Below are positions 44,992-58,775 of a stretch of DNA of 64,000 nt, piece after piece. Origin of the DNA: Takakia lepidozioides. Its lineage: Eukaryota > Plantae > Bryophyta. How positions within the stretch are numbered: the stretch's first letter is position 1; each line of letters begins with the position of its first letter. The translations under genes were made by a program, and so were the position numbers. The stretch covers positions 34,100,001 through 34,164,000 of the forward strand of contig CM060733.1 in the NCBI GenBank assembly GCA_030704615.1, written 5' to 3'. Below the pieces are notes generated by a model, which searched no databases, had not been told where the DNA came from, and saw only the letters and a program-made list of their open reading frames with translations.

Positions 44992-47900
44992 CTAGTAGGT
45001 CCATTCCTTTGTTGGCAGCTCCAGTGGTGGCAGGTCCTTCCTTGGGAGAATGCGGAGGGGCCGAGGCCCCACTCGAATACAAAGACGGTTTTTCTTGGCT
45101 GCAAAAACGTCCTCCACCACCTTCTTCTGCATTTCATACTAACATGTCATCATTGCTTCACCCTTTCAAGCAACAACCTGCTCAAGAGGGAGCACAATAG
45201 GAATAATGGAAGAACTTAATACACACGTGCAATCTCTGACAGCACGGTACGCCTGTTACCGGCATGTCAAATCTTTCCCACAGTGGCACAAATAGGGGTG
45301 ACCCACAATGGGGTGACCTCATCCGGAGTGTCACAGAAGGGGGGTGAGACCAGACACCAGGGTGACATGGAAGGGAGTGTCACTCCGATCGGTGTAACTC
45401 CCAATTGGTGTCACGAAACTTGACAAAGTATAAAACACTCTAAGAGGAAGTTACACCAGACAAGGGGTGACACAAACCACACAACCTCGGTGACACGGAG
45501 TGGGGTGACACAGCTGCCCATCAAGGATCGAAGCCCCGCACCTCAGAGCTACCATTGCCGGTCGGCTACTCGTCGCTGCATAGAAAGCTTTTGCATTCTG
45601 AAATATTTAATAATGAGTCCGGGTAAGAGGGGGTGGGGAGGATTTGACATAGGCCCCGCCGGAAAGTGCCGTGTGCATTGCGTCTTACATTATTCCAGTT
45701 GTTTTCCACTCAAGAGGTGCCTATTGCCTATTGCCTATTGCGAAGGTTACCTTGAAGAGTTCCCATTTCCGACTTCTCTTGTACTGCTTGTATATATGCT
45801 CCTCGTTCTTGTATTCCTGTGTAATCCCGCCTCCACATCATAATCACTAACTACAAACAAGGATGTAAATCTTGCAAAATGAGGAGTGCAGCAGTCCTCT
45901 TAATTAATTTGCCTGCCATCAGCTTGGTACCTTCCCATATCAAAACTTGCAGCAAGTCCTGGAGACAAGCTCAACACAAGTACCATTGTAACAAATGAGT
46001 TCATGCAAATGAAAATTTAAACATACATCTTGACTCAAAACATAGACTGCGTGTAAATTCGGATCAAGACAGAGAAGAGGGATATGGATACATGTGCAGA
46101 GAGGGTCTTGATGATGTCACGGTCACAATGTCGGTGGAAGTCCCACTTGTTCAGCACGAGTGTGTCAACCACGGTCACTGACACAATGCTGGCTGCTCTT
46201 GTTGTTTCCCTCAATAGACCCCTCTGCATCATCAGGGCATTTGCTGGGTCCATGAATACCAACATGAGATTGGCAACAATAGTTGGTCAAATCTCTCTAA
46301 GTGCTATTGAAGGCAAGCTTAGGAAGAGAGAACCTAGAAGTGATAGTCATCATTTAGACCCACCATATGCAATATAAAGCTGAGCCAATATGGTTATCTT
46401 GTATTCAAATGAAATGATTATACACACTTAGGACATGCCAGAGGGTTCAATTAAAAATTGAAGGTCAGTCATACACAAATTGATACACACCTCTCCAAAA
46501 TATTGGCCAGCATGCAGCCCTCCTATGTCAAGGATTGTGGAATCCTGGGCGCCAAGGTCAATCACCCCATAAATTGGAGTCCGTCAATTTGTCACAATTG
46601 ACTCTAATACTAACTATCCATGCAGACAGCACCAGCATTGGGATGATCACTCGCAAAGTACGTTACCAGTGGGCCTCTAAACCACAGCATGAGCACCAGA
46701 CAAGTCAGAAGAAAGAAGAAAGAACTAAGAAATTGATTACTGTCCACAGGGAGCACAAAGAGTCCAGAAAATATTGCAGAAAATACAAGACAAATCCAAA
46801 AGGATGTGTCAGAAAAGTGCGAATGTCACTCGTAGACCTGGCGCATCAACTAGGTAAGCTGCTAAGCACTTTGGGTCCTCTAAAGCTGAAGGAGAAACAG
46901 ATGAAACTTTACATTTCCACGGGGAAAGGCAGCTGACATTAATTGGATCAACCCATTAATTAATTCAAATGAAGCTAATCCAGAGATGCACCAGTAACCT
47001 CATCATTTGTCGGCTTCGACTTCTTTTTATTTGAGTCTCCTTTCTGGTCAGAACCCTCCTTTGCTAATTTCAAAACTGCACTGGTGGCAACTCCTTGCGT
47101 AAAACTAGGCACAGGAGTCCCAGCAAACACACTGTATGACAACAATTTCTTCTCACGGTTGATCACACTCCTGGCCCACTTCTGAAACTTCCGTCGGTAG
47201 TATTTATTTTCATCACCTATCACAGCAGGCATCACTCCATCTGCAAGAATTCCCATCTGCCATAAACGGTGATCCTTTTCTGAAAATTCCATGTCGGACA
47301 GTTTTTGTGCCCGTTCCTTTCTGTTGCAATCTCTGAAGAACTTACCCAGTGAAAATTTCTGTCGTATGGACGTCCTTCTCCTGCCACCGCCATTGTGATA
47401 TGCTGATAAGCGTGCATGCATGATTGATGGTGATTTGAAGCGCGCACTACCACACACAGCTTCCCCCACCATGCCACTGCCTTGGCGTGACTTGGACCCT
47501 CTTGAGCCTGATGCAATGGCTGCTGGCAACTCACCCACAAAAGAACAGTGCTGACCTGATGCAGACCGTTGCCGCTCATGAGTTCCTGACCGGGCTTGAA
47601 CCTCCGTAGAGCCTCTGGGGCAACCCCATGGAGATAACGGGCGTTCCTCAGACCCTGCTATGGAACCATGCTTCTTGGAAAAAATGTTCAGAGTCCCAGG
47701 CGCACTACTGGGTCGTTTAGGAGATGATGGAGGGCACCGGCTAGAAGACCCTGAGCGCGAGCGTCGGCCCAAATGTGGGGATCTTTTGTGGGTGACTAAC
47801 TGGTGGATCACATCAGGGCTCCGCAATAAGGCCTTAGGCAGCTCTGAGGGTAACCCCAAGGGCACAGACAGACATCGTGAGAGTCGTGGTGCTCGGACAG

Positions 47901-50900
47901 ATTGCCGTGCAATGAGGGATGGGCGCCACCAGTCACGTTCCCTGTCTACTACCTCTTGCTTGCACCGGTGATGTCGCGTTGGCCTGATTATGAACACTGT
48001 TAGGCTCTATCCCATCCAGAGAGGCAGATCAAGATCCATGTCCAAGTCCATGAGGTTCATGTACAGGAATGAAAGCCATCATCTTCATTTGAACAAAGTG
48101 TTGAGTACCATGGTTCTCTATGTCTGCGAATAAATAGAAAGCACTTCAAAAACTTCCACGTACATTAGACATATTGCAAGGCGCATTATTAGGGGGGCAC
48201 AACAGATGATGCATATATTTAATGCAGACAGGGAAAGAACAAAGGAAAGATACAAACTTATACCGTCCATGGGAAGCTCCAAGAGCTTATGGGGTAAACG
48301 AAATTAGAAAACCAGAAAAGTGGGATCCCCAACAAGAATAACGAATTATGTCTGCAGGAGGCTGAAAGGGCCAAAGAGGAACAAATAGACCAACCAGAAC
48401 ATAATGTAGTGGACTGCGTACAGGATGGTTGTCACTAAGAGACATGATTGTGAGTAGGGTGTACCAATATTGAGATAGAAACGATGAAGCCCGGGGTAGG
48501 AATGGTATAGACTTGTCACTGCGAATTTCCATTATCACCTGCAGCACAAGACCATGAACAAAGGTCATGCCTGCATTTCCAATTATGTGGACACAATAAA
48601 GGTCAATAGAATAGTAAAAAAAATTAGTTGACTACTGTCATTTTGTTTCTCAAGATTGTACAGGAGTCACCGGAGAACCACTACTGATAATTCAAATCAG
48701 ACTGATCCGTCAGACAGAACAAGTGACATACAAAGATGCATGCAAACCCAACAAACTGACCATGCTTCTACTTGATGAATGCAGGTCAGGCACTCGGGAG
48801 CCCTTGGCCAGCCTGAATTGTATAAGTCCATCAGAATGCATGAATGAGATCAAGGTACTATTTACAAGAGTAAGTCGCCTCTCAACCACCACCCAACCGA
48901 GACCAGGGTGAGAAGAAACTTACTCGGCACTCCCCTGACTTTAAGAAGTACATCTCGACAGCATCATCTCCTTGAAAGGTGATCACTGCGCACAACACCA
49001 TTCCTGATTAAAGTTTAACCATAGAGCACCATGGAATGTCTCTCTAGATTACCAAAACACACCCTGTGACCGTGGCACAGCTGTACAGCTTTAATATGCC
49101 ATGTACTCTGAATCAGCAACAGCTTCATGTCATCATAGGTCACTTTCTCCCAGAAACCATGCTCTCTCCCTCCTTGGCCCCATTTGTAGCACACCTCTTC
49201 AATGTGCAACATGGCTTTCCAACAGAGTGGACAAAGAGCATCATCCACCCCCTCTTCAAGAGTGGTGACAGGCTCGCACCAACCAATTATTGCACAATTA
49301 TGGTGTCTACGTTACTGGCTAAACTGTTTGGGGCAGTAGTGGCCATGGAACTGGATGATTGGGGGGAATCCTCCCGCATGTGTGCTATTGGGCAAGCAGG
49401 TTTCTGTCGCAACAGATCCACTCTTGACCACGTTTTCACTCTTCAGACTATGGTAGAACGTGCAAGCTATGATAAAAAATGGTGTATTTTTGCTTTTTAG
49501 ACTTTCGAAAGGCTTTTGATTTGGTTCCTCGAGACCTTCATTTCCAACGGCTCCATAGGGTGGGAGTCCCTCCGGACATCCTATATGCCATCTTTTCCAT
49601 GTATGAGATTGTCATTGGCATGGTCAACGTCGCGGGGGAATTCTCAGCAGAGGTGCATAGCAACATTGGGGTCAAACAGGGCTGCCCCCTCTCACCTACC
49701 CTTGTCGGGATGTACATTGACGCTTTGGAGGGTTACATCCCACAAAACCATGGAGTTGGGGTGCCGTTGGATGGGGGACCAACACAATCAGATCTCCTCC
49801 ACGCTGATGGCACAATCTCCTGTCTTCCTGCAACGCCATCTTTGCATCTTAGCAAAACTAAGATCATGGTTCTCAATGGCCAAGGCGGACCGCAGATTCA
49901 TCTTCAACCAACAGGAAATTGAGATTGTCAAATCATACCAATACCTGGGTCTGGTTATCCACTCTCCCAAATTCCAGTTTGCATCAACTGCCCTGAACAG
50001 ATTGACGAAGGACAAGGCTGCCTCCATCCGCCTTCAGGCCAAATGCAAACAGATACATCTGCGCCACCCCCCAACCAAAAAGTGGCTAGTTGACAGCGTT
50101 GTTACCCCGGCCGCCACTTATGGTTGTGAGTTCTGGGCACCTGGTGTCCCAGTTTCCTGGTGGGAAAAAAACCTGGAACCAGTGCAGTCATCTTTTCTCC
50201 AAGCAATGCTTGGCGCCAGAGGCACAACTCCATCTCACATCCTATGTGCAGGGTTTGCATGCGTGCCAATTCAAACCGAGGCCCTCTTCCGGCTTACAAT
50301 AAGAAAGGTTACAAGCCCTCTCCCCCAAGGGGCTCGTGGCAAGAGCCCTCGCAACATCTATTAGGCTCAAAACAGCAGGTTTCAAGCACTCCTGGTATGC
50401 TCGAGTGTGCAGTTTTTTTGAGCGCAATGGACTCTCTGTTGCTTCGCTATTGCCACAAAATCCAGAAGGGGTGGAAATCACATCCAAACAGGATCGCAAC
50501 AGACTCATTAGAAGGGAACTTAGGGAACTACATGTCAGGAGAACTTGGAAGCTACCCAATCTCAGAACAAAACTCCAGTTCTATCGAGAGACATTCTTGG
50601 TTCTCCGTGATGATAGAATCTTGCGGCCCAATTACCTTTGGGCGCCTTCCTCTCCTTCCCTCCTGAGGGCATTGGGGCGGTTCAGGGTGGGCTCCCGTAA
50701 TCTACGGATAGAGACTGGTAGATGGGAAAACCTGCAACGGGAGGACCGCCTATGCCCAGCTTGCACCGGGCGCAACCCGGAAATTGAAACTGAGGAACGC
50801 TTCTTCTTTTAGTGCCCTCTATATTGTGAGATCCGTGGGAGATTCCACTGTCTATTCCGTGGAACTCAATCTCTCACCAAAGTCTTCTACTATGAGGATC

Positions 50901-53900
50901 AGAAATGCTTGGCAGCTTACCTGCATGAGGCCTTGACCCTTAGACAATCCCTTGAGCAGTAGTTGCTTTTGGACTGTTATAAAGTACCATTTCATTTCAT
51001 TAATAGTTGCTTTTAGGCTGCTGGTGAGGGCACCTCTCTCTTTCTTGTTTCTTGCTTTCTCTTGTCCCATAAACTCTTTGAGCTTTCCGCGGACTACCAT
51101 TTCCTTTCTCTTTTGGTCTATGGCCACAAGGCTGGGGCAAACAACGTCTTAAGAGTACATTGTCTTCCTCTTTTCTCCAATAACTCGGTGGTTAATTTGG
51201 TGGTTCAGGTTAGATTATCTGTCCCTTGGGCCCTTGCGCCTCCCGAGGGTGGGATAAATGTATTGCTGTCTTTCTTCTTCCTTTCTTTCTTTCCCTTCAT
51301 TTGGAAGTTTCTTTGGCCACAGAGGCCTCCTGGCTTCCAGTGAACATAACAAAATTCCCTCATTTTCTTTGGATTTGCTTTCATTGGCTCATCCATAAGC
51401 TCTTTGGGTTTCCTGTGGACTACTATAAAGTGTTTCTTCCTTCCTTTCTTTCTCTCTCTTCCCCTTCCGCTCAAACTGGGCACGGGGTCAATGGCCACAA
51501 GGCTACGACAAACAACGTCGTATGAGTACATTCTCTCTTCCCCTTGCTCCTGCGCTTTTCCCAGTCACATCTGTCACTAAATTGAGGGCTACAGCAGAAG
51601 TGATGGAATGAACATTATCTTTCTAGCATGATGCTTGTACAGCAGATACAAAATTCCTAGGAACCGTGTTGTCCTTCACCACCACCTCTTCTGTATGTGT
51701 CTCATACACCCAGTGGGCTGAAATACAAATGGCTGGGGACAGTATTTCCATGATCTGGGATTGAGCTTCACAGATCAAACTAACGAAAGTGGAAATTCGC
51801 AATGTGTAAGGAAAGCATACCCCTGTTTTTGCTGAAAGTGCGTGAAGTTAGCACGTTGGCCAGACGCCTCAGGCTTTGCTTTGACACATCCCGAAATGCT
51901 ACAATACTCTGCCGCAGACAAGAGCTCAAGAGAACCAGTTATAGAATCGGAAATGGCTTGCTCTGCTGTTTAACAGAACAACCCAGAACTCAGACAAAGT
52001 GAGTCAGCAGTGCATCTTTAACCAATCAAAGTGCATAGGCTAAAAGTCCAAGCTAATTTGAAATCCAGGAGCATGTTCTGGGGATCCTTGCACCTAGGGC
52101 ATCCAAGCACCTCGTAGGCACCTGCCTAGTTTACGACCCCTCTAATTTAACTAACTATTTGCTCCATTGAAATCACAATCTAATCATGCTGTAACTTTAC
52201 AAATGCAACCGTTTATGGACGGACAAATCATGGCAGTGGGGGTCTAATTATCTTATGCTGCTACTGAGACATGATGCATGGCACTTTCAAAACAATTTTG
52301 GGGGTATCTTACTGTATCGCACACTGGTTTGACAGCGAAACCTCCCACAAGAAGGTACACTATGAAATGAAAATGGGAAAGGGATGGGAATCACTTCAAG
52401 AAAACGAACGCGCTGCCTGAGCTCGGGAGTCTTTTCAATCTTGAGGATTGCATCATAATCATATTTGCTCAATGTCAGCAGCTCAGTCTGCACAGCAATG
52501 GGTGGAGGCCAGCTTCTCAATTGTCAAGCAATTGAAATTCCCTCTTTTGTGGTCAGTAAAGTACGTTAACAACAAGTAATGTCATACAATTCAAGGATTG
52601 ACACAAAACCTAAAAAAGGTGTCTCACATTATCCCAAAGGTAAGAGTGTAGAAGTCTTTGACAGATGCAACAAACATACCCGTTCAAGAGTGGTGCAGGT
52701 CCCCTCCCTGTAACCACATGAAACCTCTCCCCTGTTAAACATGCATAGAGGAGGGACTTCCCACATCATGGTACAAACTCATATACCTTGGCCACAATGA
52801 AACTAAGGCCTCTATACTGTCTCACTAATTAGTTATACACAGCCTATGTCGGAGAGTCAGTATAACAGAAGGACTAAAGGTCCCTGTAAGATGATGAAAT
52901 TAGTAGTGGTGATGCTATCAGAGTGTGCAAGTGCAAGAAGGCGACACAGCTTAAGCCACAAATGCGCAATCTCTAAAATGCAGTTTTGACTATTGGGTAG
53001 CTGTTCTGGAGCCCTGAGAGGCTAAGTGGTGAATACACAACCATGTAAGCAGAAATGTTGCACATACAGCACTGCCCACAGCTATACATACTTCAAAGTT
53101 CCTGCTGGTGCCACATATGCTGCCTTTAGGCACTAGCAGTTGTGTGGGAATGTTGAGGTTCATTGTATTGGAGAAATATACTATACATCTTGAGAGAGGA
53201 TGGCAAAAAGTTTGTTGGGACAAACCGTATGCAGTGTTCTAGTTCGATCCCCGTTTCACCAAACCAATGGCCCCCATGCAAGATAGTGACTGCATCATCT
53301 TGCACCCCCTTAATGTACATGCTGAGCTGCAGGCAGTTTTGATTACTCAGTAAGTGACTCTAAGTGTTGTTTTCCCCAGAAAACATAGGAATAGTTTTGT
53401 ACAGTGCAAGAGCTGGCACAAGAGGCTTGGACTCCAGAGGCAACAGTGCAGAAGAGCCTTGTGTATGGTGTACTTCACAAGCAGCGATTCTCTTGATATG
53501 CATAAACAGATTTCAGTACTTCATCTACAGTACAAGAGACTGGTGACCTACATGCAAGATGGCATGATTGAGTGACATGATGGCTCAGACAAATTGCAGG
53601 GTAAGAGAAACAAGGCTGAAAAGGAGCACATGAGGAAATATCGCACCTTGACTAAGCCTGTGAATACAATATAGAAGATGCTGCCCTGCTCTCCCTGTTT
53701 ATAAACTGCAACCCGAGAGTGGCAGCTTTCATAATAATCCAGACAGCTTGATAGACATCACCTTGTACTGGTAGACTCTAGATGTGCATGAATGCTAAGC
53801 AATGAACATTACGCAAGCCCTGGACAACGAATCCATAGCTTCCAGGGTTGCATGCCGCGACTGCCAGGGCCTGGTGATTTTATGAACTCTGCTCATCCAA

Positions 53901-56669
53901 AATAACAGGGCAAATAGACCAAGGAATCACAAATTTATACTACTGTCTGATAAAATCTGCAAATGGTCATAGAGGCTAGGGCTTCTGCAATATCTCTGAG
54001 AGGGGATGGGGGGAAGAGGAAGATGTATACCCTGACAGTTTGCTTCAAGCCGCTCATAGCCTAGATTCTTGCATATCTGCCATTCAAAAACTTGCGCTCT
54101 GAAACTTTTGCACCATATATATTTATACTGTACTCCATTAGGGCTTAGATACCCCACCCATCCCACTTTGTCAAGAAATATTAAGAAACTCCACTCATCC
54201 CCAAAACAATTTGAATATTAGCCATCTAACCACCCAGTTCATTGCATGTAGTGCAGGTCTACCTGTCCATGTCTGTCTGTCTGTATTCGTCCTGTCCATC
54301 AGTCCATAACTGGTTGTATAGGTAAGCTGGGAACACTCCCTCTGCACCCACTACCAGATGGAGAGAAGCCCAGGAAGCATGACAGAATGAAGGGTTGCTG
54401 TACTACGCAAGTAAGCATTAAAGGATGGTAGACAAGTGCAAAGGGTCAACTTGCCTCCAAGCGTTTGGAGAGAGGGAGATCACCAATGGGCTTCACATCG
54501 GTGACAGTTTCTTCAACTAGATACAACTCGCTGCTTGTTCTCTCCTCGGGACTTGTCAAATTACAGACATGGAGATGGGAAACATTATTTAATTAGTGAT
54601 TTATTTGGAGATAGAATTGAGACTTCGATGCTTATGAGACACCGTTATAGTCTTTAGCCCACCATGGTCATATATCGCAGCAAGCCTGGTGGATTTGAAG
54701 TAGAATGAGGACAGAATCTCATAGCAGAGGAAAATACTAGAATAAAAAATGCAGGATTTGTATTCACTCTGATTGACACACTGGAGCAAGCATCACCCAC
54801 TGAAGGGGACACACCCAAACTATTGATGCAAAGGAGAGCCAGAATGCCTTGAAGTTCAAAAATGCTTCCTACGTCAAGTAGATTTAATAGCAAGAAAAAA
54901 TCAACGCTCACGTGTGACCAATGTAGGCTTCAAAATGTTATGAGCATTACATGCATGGCTTTAATAAATATCACTGTGAGGCCTGCCATGACCTCTTCCT
55001 AAGGGGATTGGGTCCTCCAGCAGATTCCCATAACCAGCTGACAACCGAAATCAAGGAAGAATATCGGGAGGGTCACTCTGAGCGAACCCCACTTGATAGG
55101 GTGTGCTGATTGAGTCGTGAATTGTACCTCTTCAGGAAAACTCGCCTACGACTGCACGTTCGGTAATGTGCCAAGCCACGCCAGCCCATTACCACTGGTG
55201 AAGCCTGTTCCAAAGGGCCCCCACATATAGCCATTGGACTTATGATGTATTGTGAGCAACTGCATCATGTAGCCTCTAAAGCTGGCAGTGGGGATTAAGT
55301 CTTTCTGTGTGAAGGCAAAGAAGGTCTCAAAGAATGGAGGTAGGTGATACAATGCAAAACTGACACACACAATTGGCTTCCACCTGGACAGCAATATTAG
55401 AAATGGCAAGGAGGATCTGACGTCATTTGGGACTTCTTTGAGGGGCATGCCCAAGAACAAAAAGTTGGAGGGAAAAACAAACAAACCACAATTCAAGCAA
55501 AATTTCAGCATAACATGGAGTTCTCAAATTTTCAAGAGACCAAGAAGATATATTAATTTTTTTTGTTCTTAGTTCTTGACAAGATTTACATGGTCTGCAA
55601 CAGCCATAGAATGACTTGTAAATCATACCAGAGGGGCTACGCGGGAGGAAGAACCAGAAGGCGCAGCATCACCAGAGTGTGGGTCTGTCACAACCCACAC
55701 AGTAAGTCAGCAGAATACCAACAGCCATGACAGCATATTTAACAATGTGTTGAGCCACATGATGAAGCTCAGGGCTGTGCGGTTCTGGCTCTTAGAACTT
55801 TCAGGAGGAGGAGACTGCCTTCCAGACCCTTCAAACCTTCTTCACGCTAGCTAATGGTAATATACTTGAGACACATTTGTGCAACTACGATCCTGGACCA
55901 ATGCAATCCTACTATCAGGGAGCAAGCTGCTCCAGTAACGCAACTAAAACCCAAAAACCAGGGGGAAGAGTATATATGAGCCCAGAAACTCAGTATCCGA
56001 AGGCAATGTAAGGTTGTCCAGGGCCCAGGTACACGCACAATTTTAGTGTGAGAAAAATTCAGTCATTTAAGTCTTGAACAAGCTTGCAGTTCATCATCTA
56101 TTACTGCTTAAGACCTCAAAAATCTTTACAGTGTGGGGCAGAAAATTGAGAGTCAGTAAGCACTCTACCATTATCTTCCGCCATTGCTTGACTGTTGTCA
56201 CGGCTGCATATTAAAATTTCTCCTCTCTTGGGCGCGCAACTCTGCGGATCCCTTCCGCATTCGAATTGCAATGCTGGATGAGTGCAATAAATGCAACATA
56301 CTTAGATTCCGACTTCCAACGCGTCCTGATGCATGCTCAAAGAATCCACCATCCAAATGATGCACCATATCATCAGCGACCAATTCTTCTGCAACGGTAG
56401 GTTTCTTTCGCCTCTGGGTTGGAAACATGGAAGGAAACGGCTTGTAAACCGTCTCCAGGATTGTACGAATAAATTCCCGCAGCACTATATCCTGGGATTC
56501 AGGTACATCTAGCCGTCTGAAACAGGTATGGATTGAGCCACTACAAAGAGGTGTGATCTATAAATGGTGGGAGGTACTAGGCCTGCCCTGCCTTGCTGCA
56601 TCTGCATCTGCATTTTTCCAGAGTCAAACATTCCACACATTTCCTAGAAATTGGCTTCTGCTTCTCCAT
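44992..56669 (-). CDS. Multi-exon protein with two cyclic-nucleotide-binding domains (possibly disabled)
   Basis: Exons: SPEERT.. (54450-54550), VYKQGEQGSIFYIVFTGLVK (53650-53750), GHWFGE (53230-53320), TELLTLSKYDY (52400), VITFQGDDAVEMYFLKSGECR (48920-48985), LHAGQYFGE (46490-46560), RAASIVS..LNKWDF (46090-46230), last exon ~45140-44992. Some apparent stops and frameshifts; ends approximate. Confidence 0.65.
45290..45512. repeat. GGGGTGAC/GTCAC short-repeat cluster (MITE-like remnant)
   Basis: Several ggggtgac(a) and gtgtcac units. Confidence 0.45.
49000..51531 (+). mobile_element. 5'-truncated degenerate LINE (RTEX/L2-like) in an intron, antisense to the host gene
   Basis: IHPLFKSGD..NY, QAGF..RSTLDH, FLDFRKAFD, GVKQGCPLSPTL, LLHADG; C-terminal RFRVG...LRIETGRW...R.C..C...E.E....CP.Y. 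A ~40-bp direct repeat at 51120 and 51491 in the 3' region. Confidence 0.85.
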
Positions 56670-58775
56670 TGTTCCAGCAAATGACAGCTCCGTAGATTTG
56701 TCACACAAAGAATCTATAGAATCCTGCCATTGTTCCTCAAATTATGAATGTGGACATAAGTCACGGTTCCCTCCAAATGCCATCTCTTTGCTTCCAGAAA
56801 TTCCATCTCTGCAAAATATCTCTCCCTGCTGCTCCAGACTCAGACATCCATTTCTTTTGGGTCCCAGCATTCCCCTCAGCAACCACCTCCTGATGAAACC
56901 AAAAGCTCACTGTCGACGGACGACATCCAGCATCCGTTCAACTTCATGGACGATGCCATAACCATCGTTGGTGGGGACGGGGAGACAAGCAATGGGAAGT
57001 GCGGGCCCCCATACATTTACACTCGATCTTTAGTTTCAAGAGTTGCAGACGGAGCAGCCATAGCAGCTTACGCATTGTGCACGCCAGTGGCCACCCTTCG
57101 CTCTCCGCATGTTCTCCAGGCATCTGAGGGTGCCCTCACAAGCCTGCTTGCGAGCCTGGCCCTGTGCTGATATCTTCGATAATGTGTGGGCCAGATTCTA
57201 TACGGGACACCTGTGCATTTTCCTGACCACGTTTGAGATTTTCTCCCGACTGTTTCAAGCCAATCGGAGACCAGGGAGGAGGAAACTGCTAAAGGACGAG
57301 GGGGTGAGCAACAAGGTCACAGACAAAAATATCTGAAAGACCCAGATGCAGGCTTGGAGAAGCTTTGGGACGAGTATTTTGCAGAATCCAGCTGGGGGAC
57401 AATCGGGGCACGATTGCCTGTTTGTTGCGGAAAAAGCAGAAAACTACAGGTTTGAGAAATAATTCTTGCAAATTAATGGTAGTGACCAGGATCTCTCTCT
57501 CTCCCCCTCTTCTAGTAACGTTACTCTCTTTCTTCCTTCCTTTCTCTATGTGTGTCCTCCCTCAAGCTACTCTGGCTCAACTCCATGCTTTCCAATATGA
57601 AGGCGACGGCAGCGCATTAATCAAGAGTCAATTCCCTGGAACTTATTCTACGCCGTTTCTTTTTTAATTGGGTGTGAATTGCAACTGGCATTGCACATCC
57701 ACATCTGTCATAGCGCAGGTGGAGTGCTAATGCAGCGGAGCTGGTATGGACCTCGTGCTTTCAAACTTGGTGCTAATACCAGCCCTCAAATCAATCTATG
57801 GCATTCAGATCAGACCATTATGACAATTTTCGCCCAGTATCCCGGTGGGTTGAAACCGCAGTACTGATCCTGGGGGTTCTTAGTCCTGCAAGGGCATGCC
57901 AGAGCCTACGCTATAATGGATATTCTCTTCTTTCTCTCTCTCTCCTCTCTCTCTGACACACACACTTTTAGTCTTGCCAGCTTAAGCATAGAGACCTTGA
58001 TTTGATAGGTCGGGATGGGGTGTTTGCTAAATAAATTAGGGGTTGTTGCTTGCAGTGCTGGGGAGGAACTTTGCATTTTTGTGATGGAGTTTAGCTGAAC
58101 GGGGCAAGGTTGGGCCCCACCAAGGAGGCAGGAATGACGGGTGGGTGCAGATCCATCGTAGTGGACCACATTTCAAGCACAAGAGTACAAAGAAGACACT
58201 GTGGGTTTGTAGCTATAAGAAACCTGCAGCGTTGGTGGGCGAATTGGAAAACCTGGACGCGGCTAGCGGTAACTATCATGAAACTAGATACAGTCTTCGG
58301 TGAGAGGATTATCCTTCTTCTTTCAGTTATGTCTAGGCTTGTCTAGTCCTCCAGCACATGCATCAGGTGAGGACAACATGTTTGCCCTTTTTCGTCCCCT
58401 TCTTTTCCCCTTCAGGAGGTTTGCTTAAACAACATGTGCAATACATTCTCAACATGGGCTTGGTCAGTTGGATCTCTGGTATGTCTGAGAGTTGTGACAT
58501 GCTACTGCAAATGGGGTTACAGGAAGATATTCAAACAACCAAAATAGAGATGAGGAGAAGCTTTGGAAGGAATATGATCCAAACTCCACTCACTGGTGGG
58601 AGAATAGAGGCAAAAAGGTGAATGCTTGCTATGTTACAGCAGAAGCAGATACCAAGATGCGTTGAAACCTCCTCACAAATCGTCAGTCTCCCTCTCAGTC
58701 TCTCAAAATTTTGATTTTGGTCCTGCCAGCAATTCAGCACAGGAGCTGTTGTTTGGGAGGTAGTAGGGGTAAATT

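Noticed and set aside
51500-51590. QEQGEERMYS as a cNMP-domain exon
   Set aside because: The phase-compatible exon is at 48920-48985; this stretch is the LINE 3' flank.
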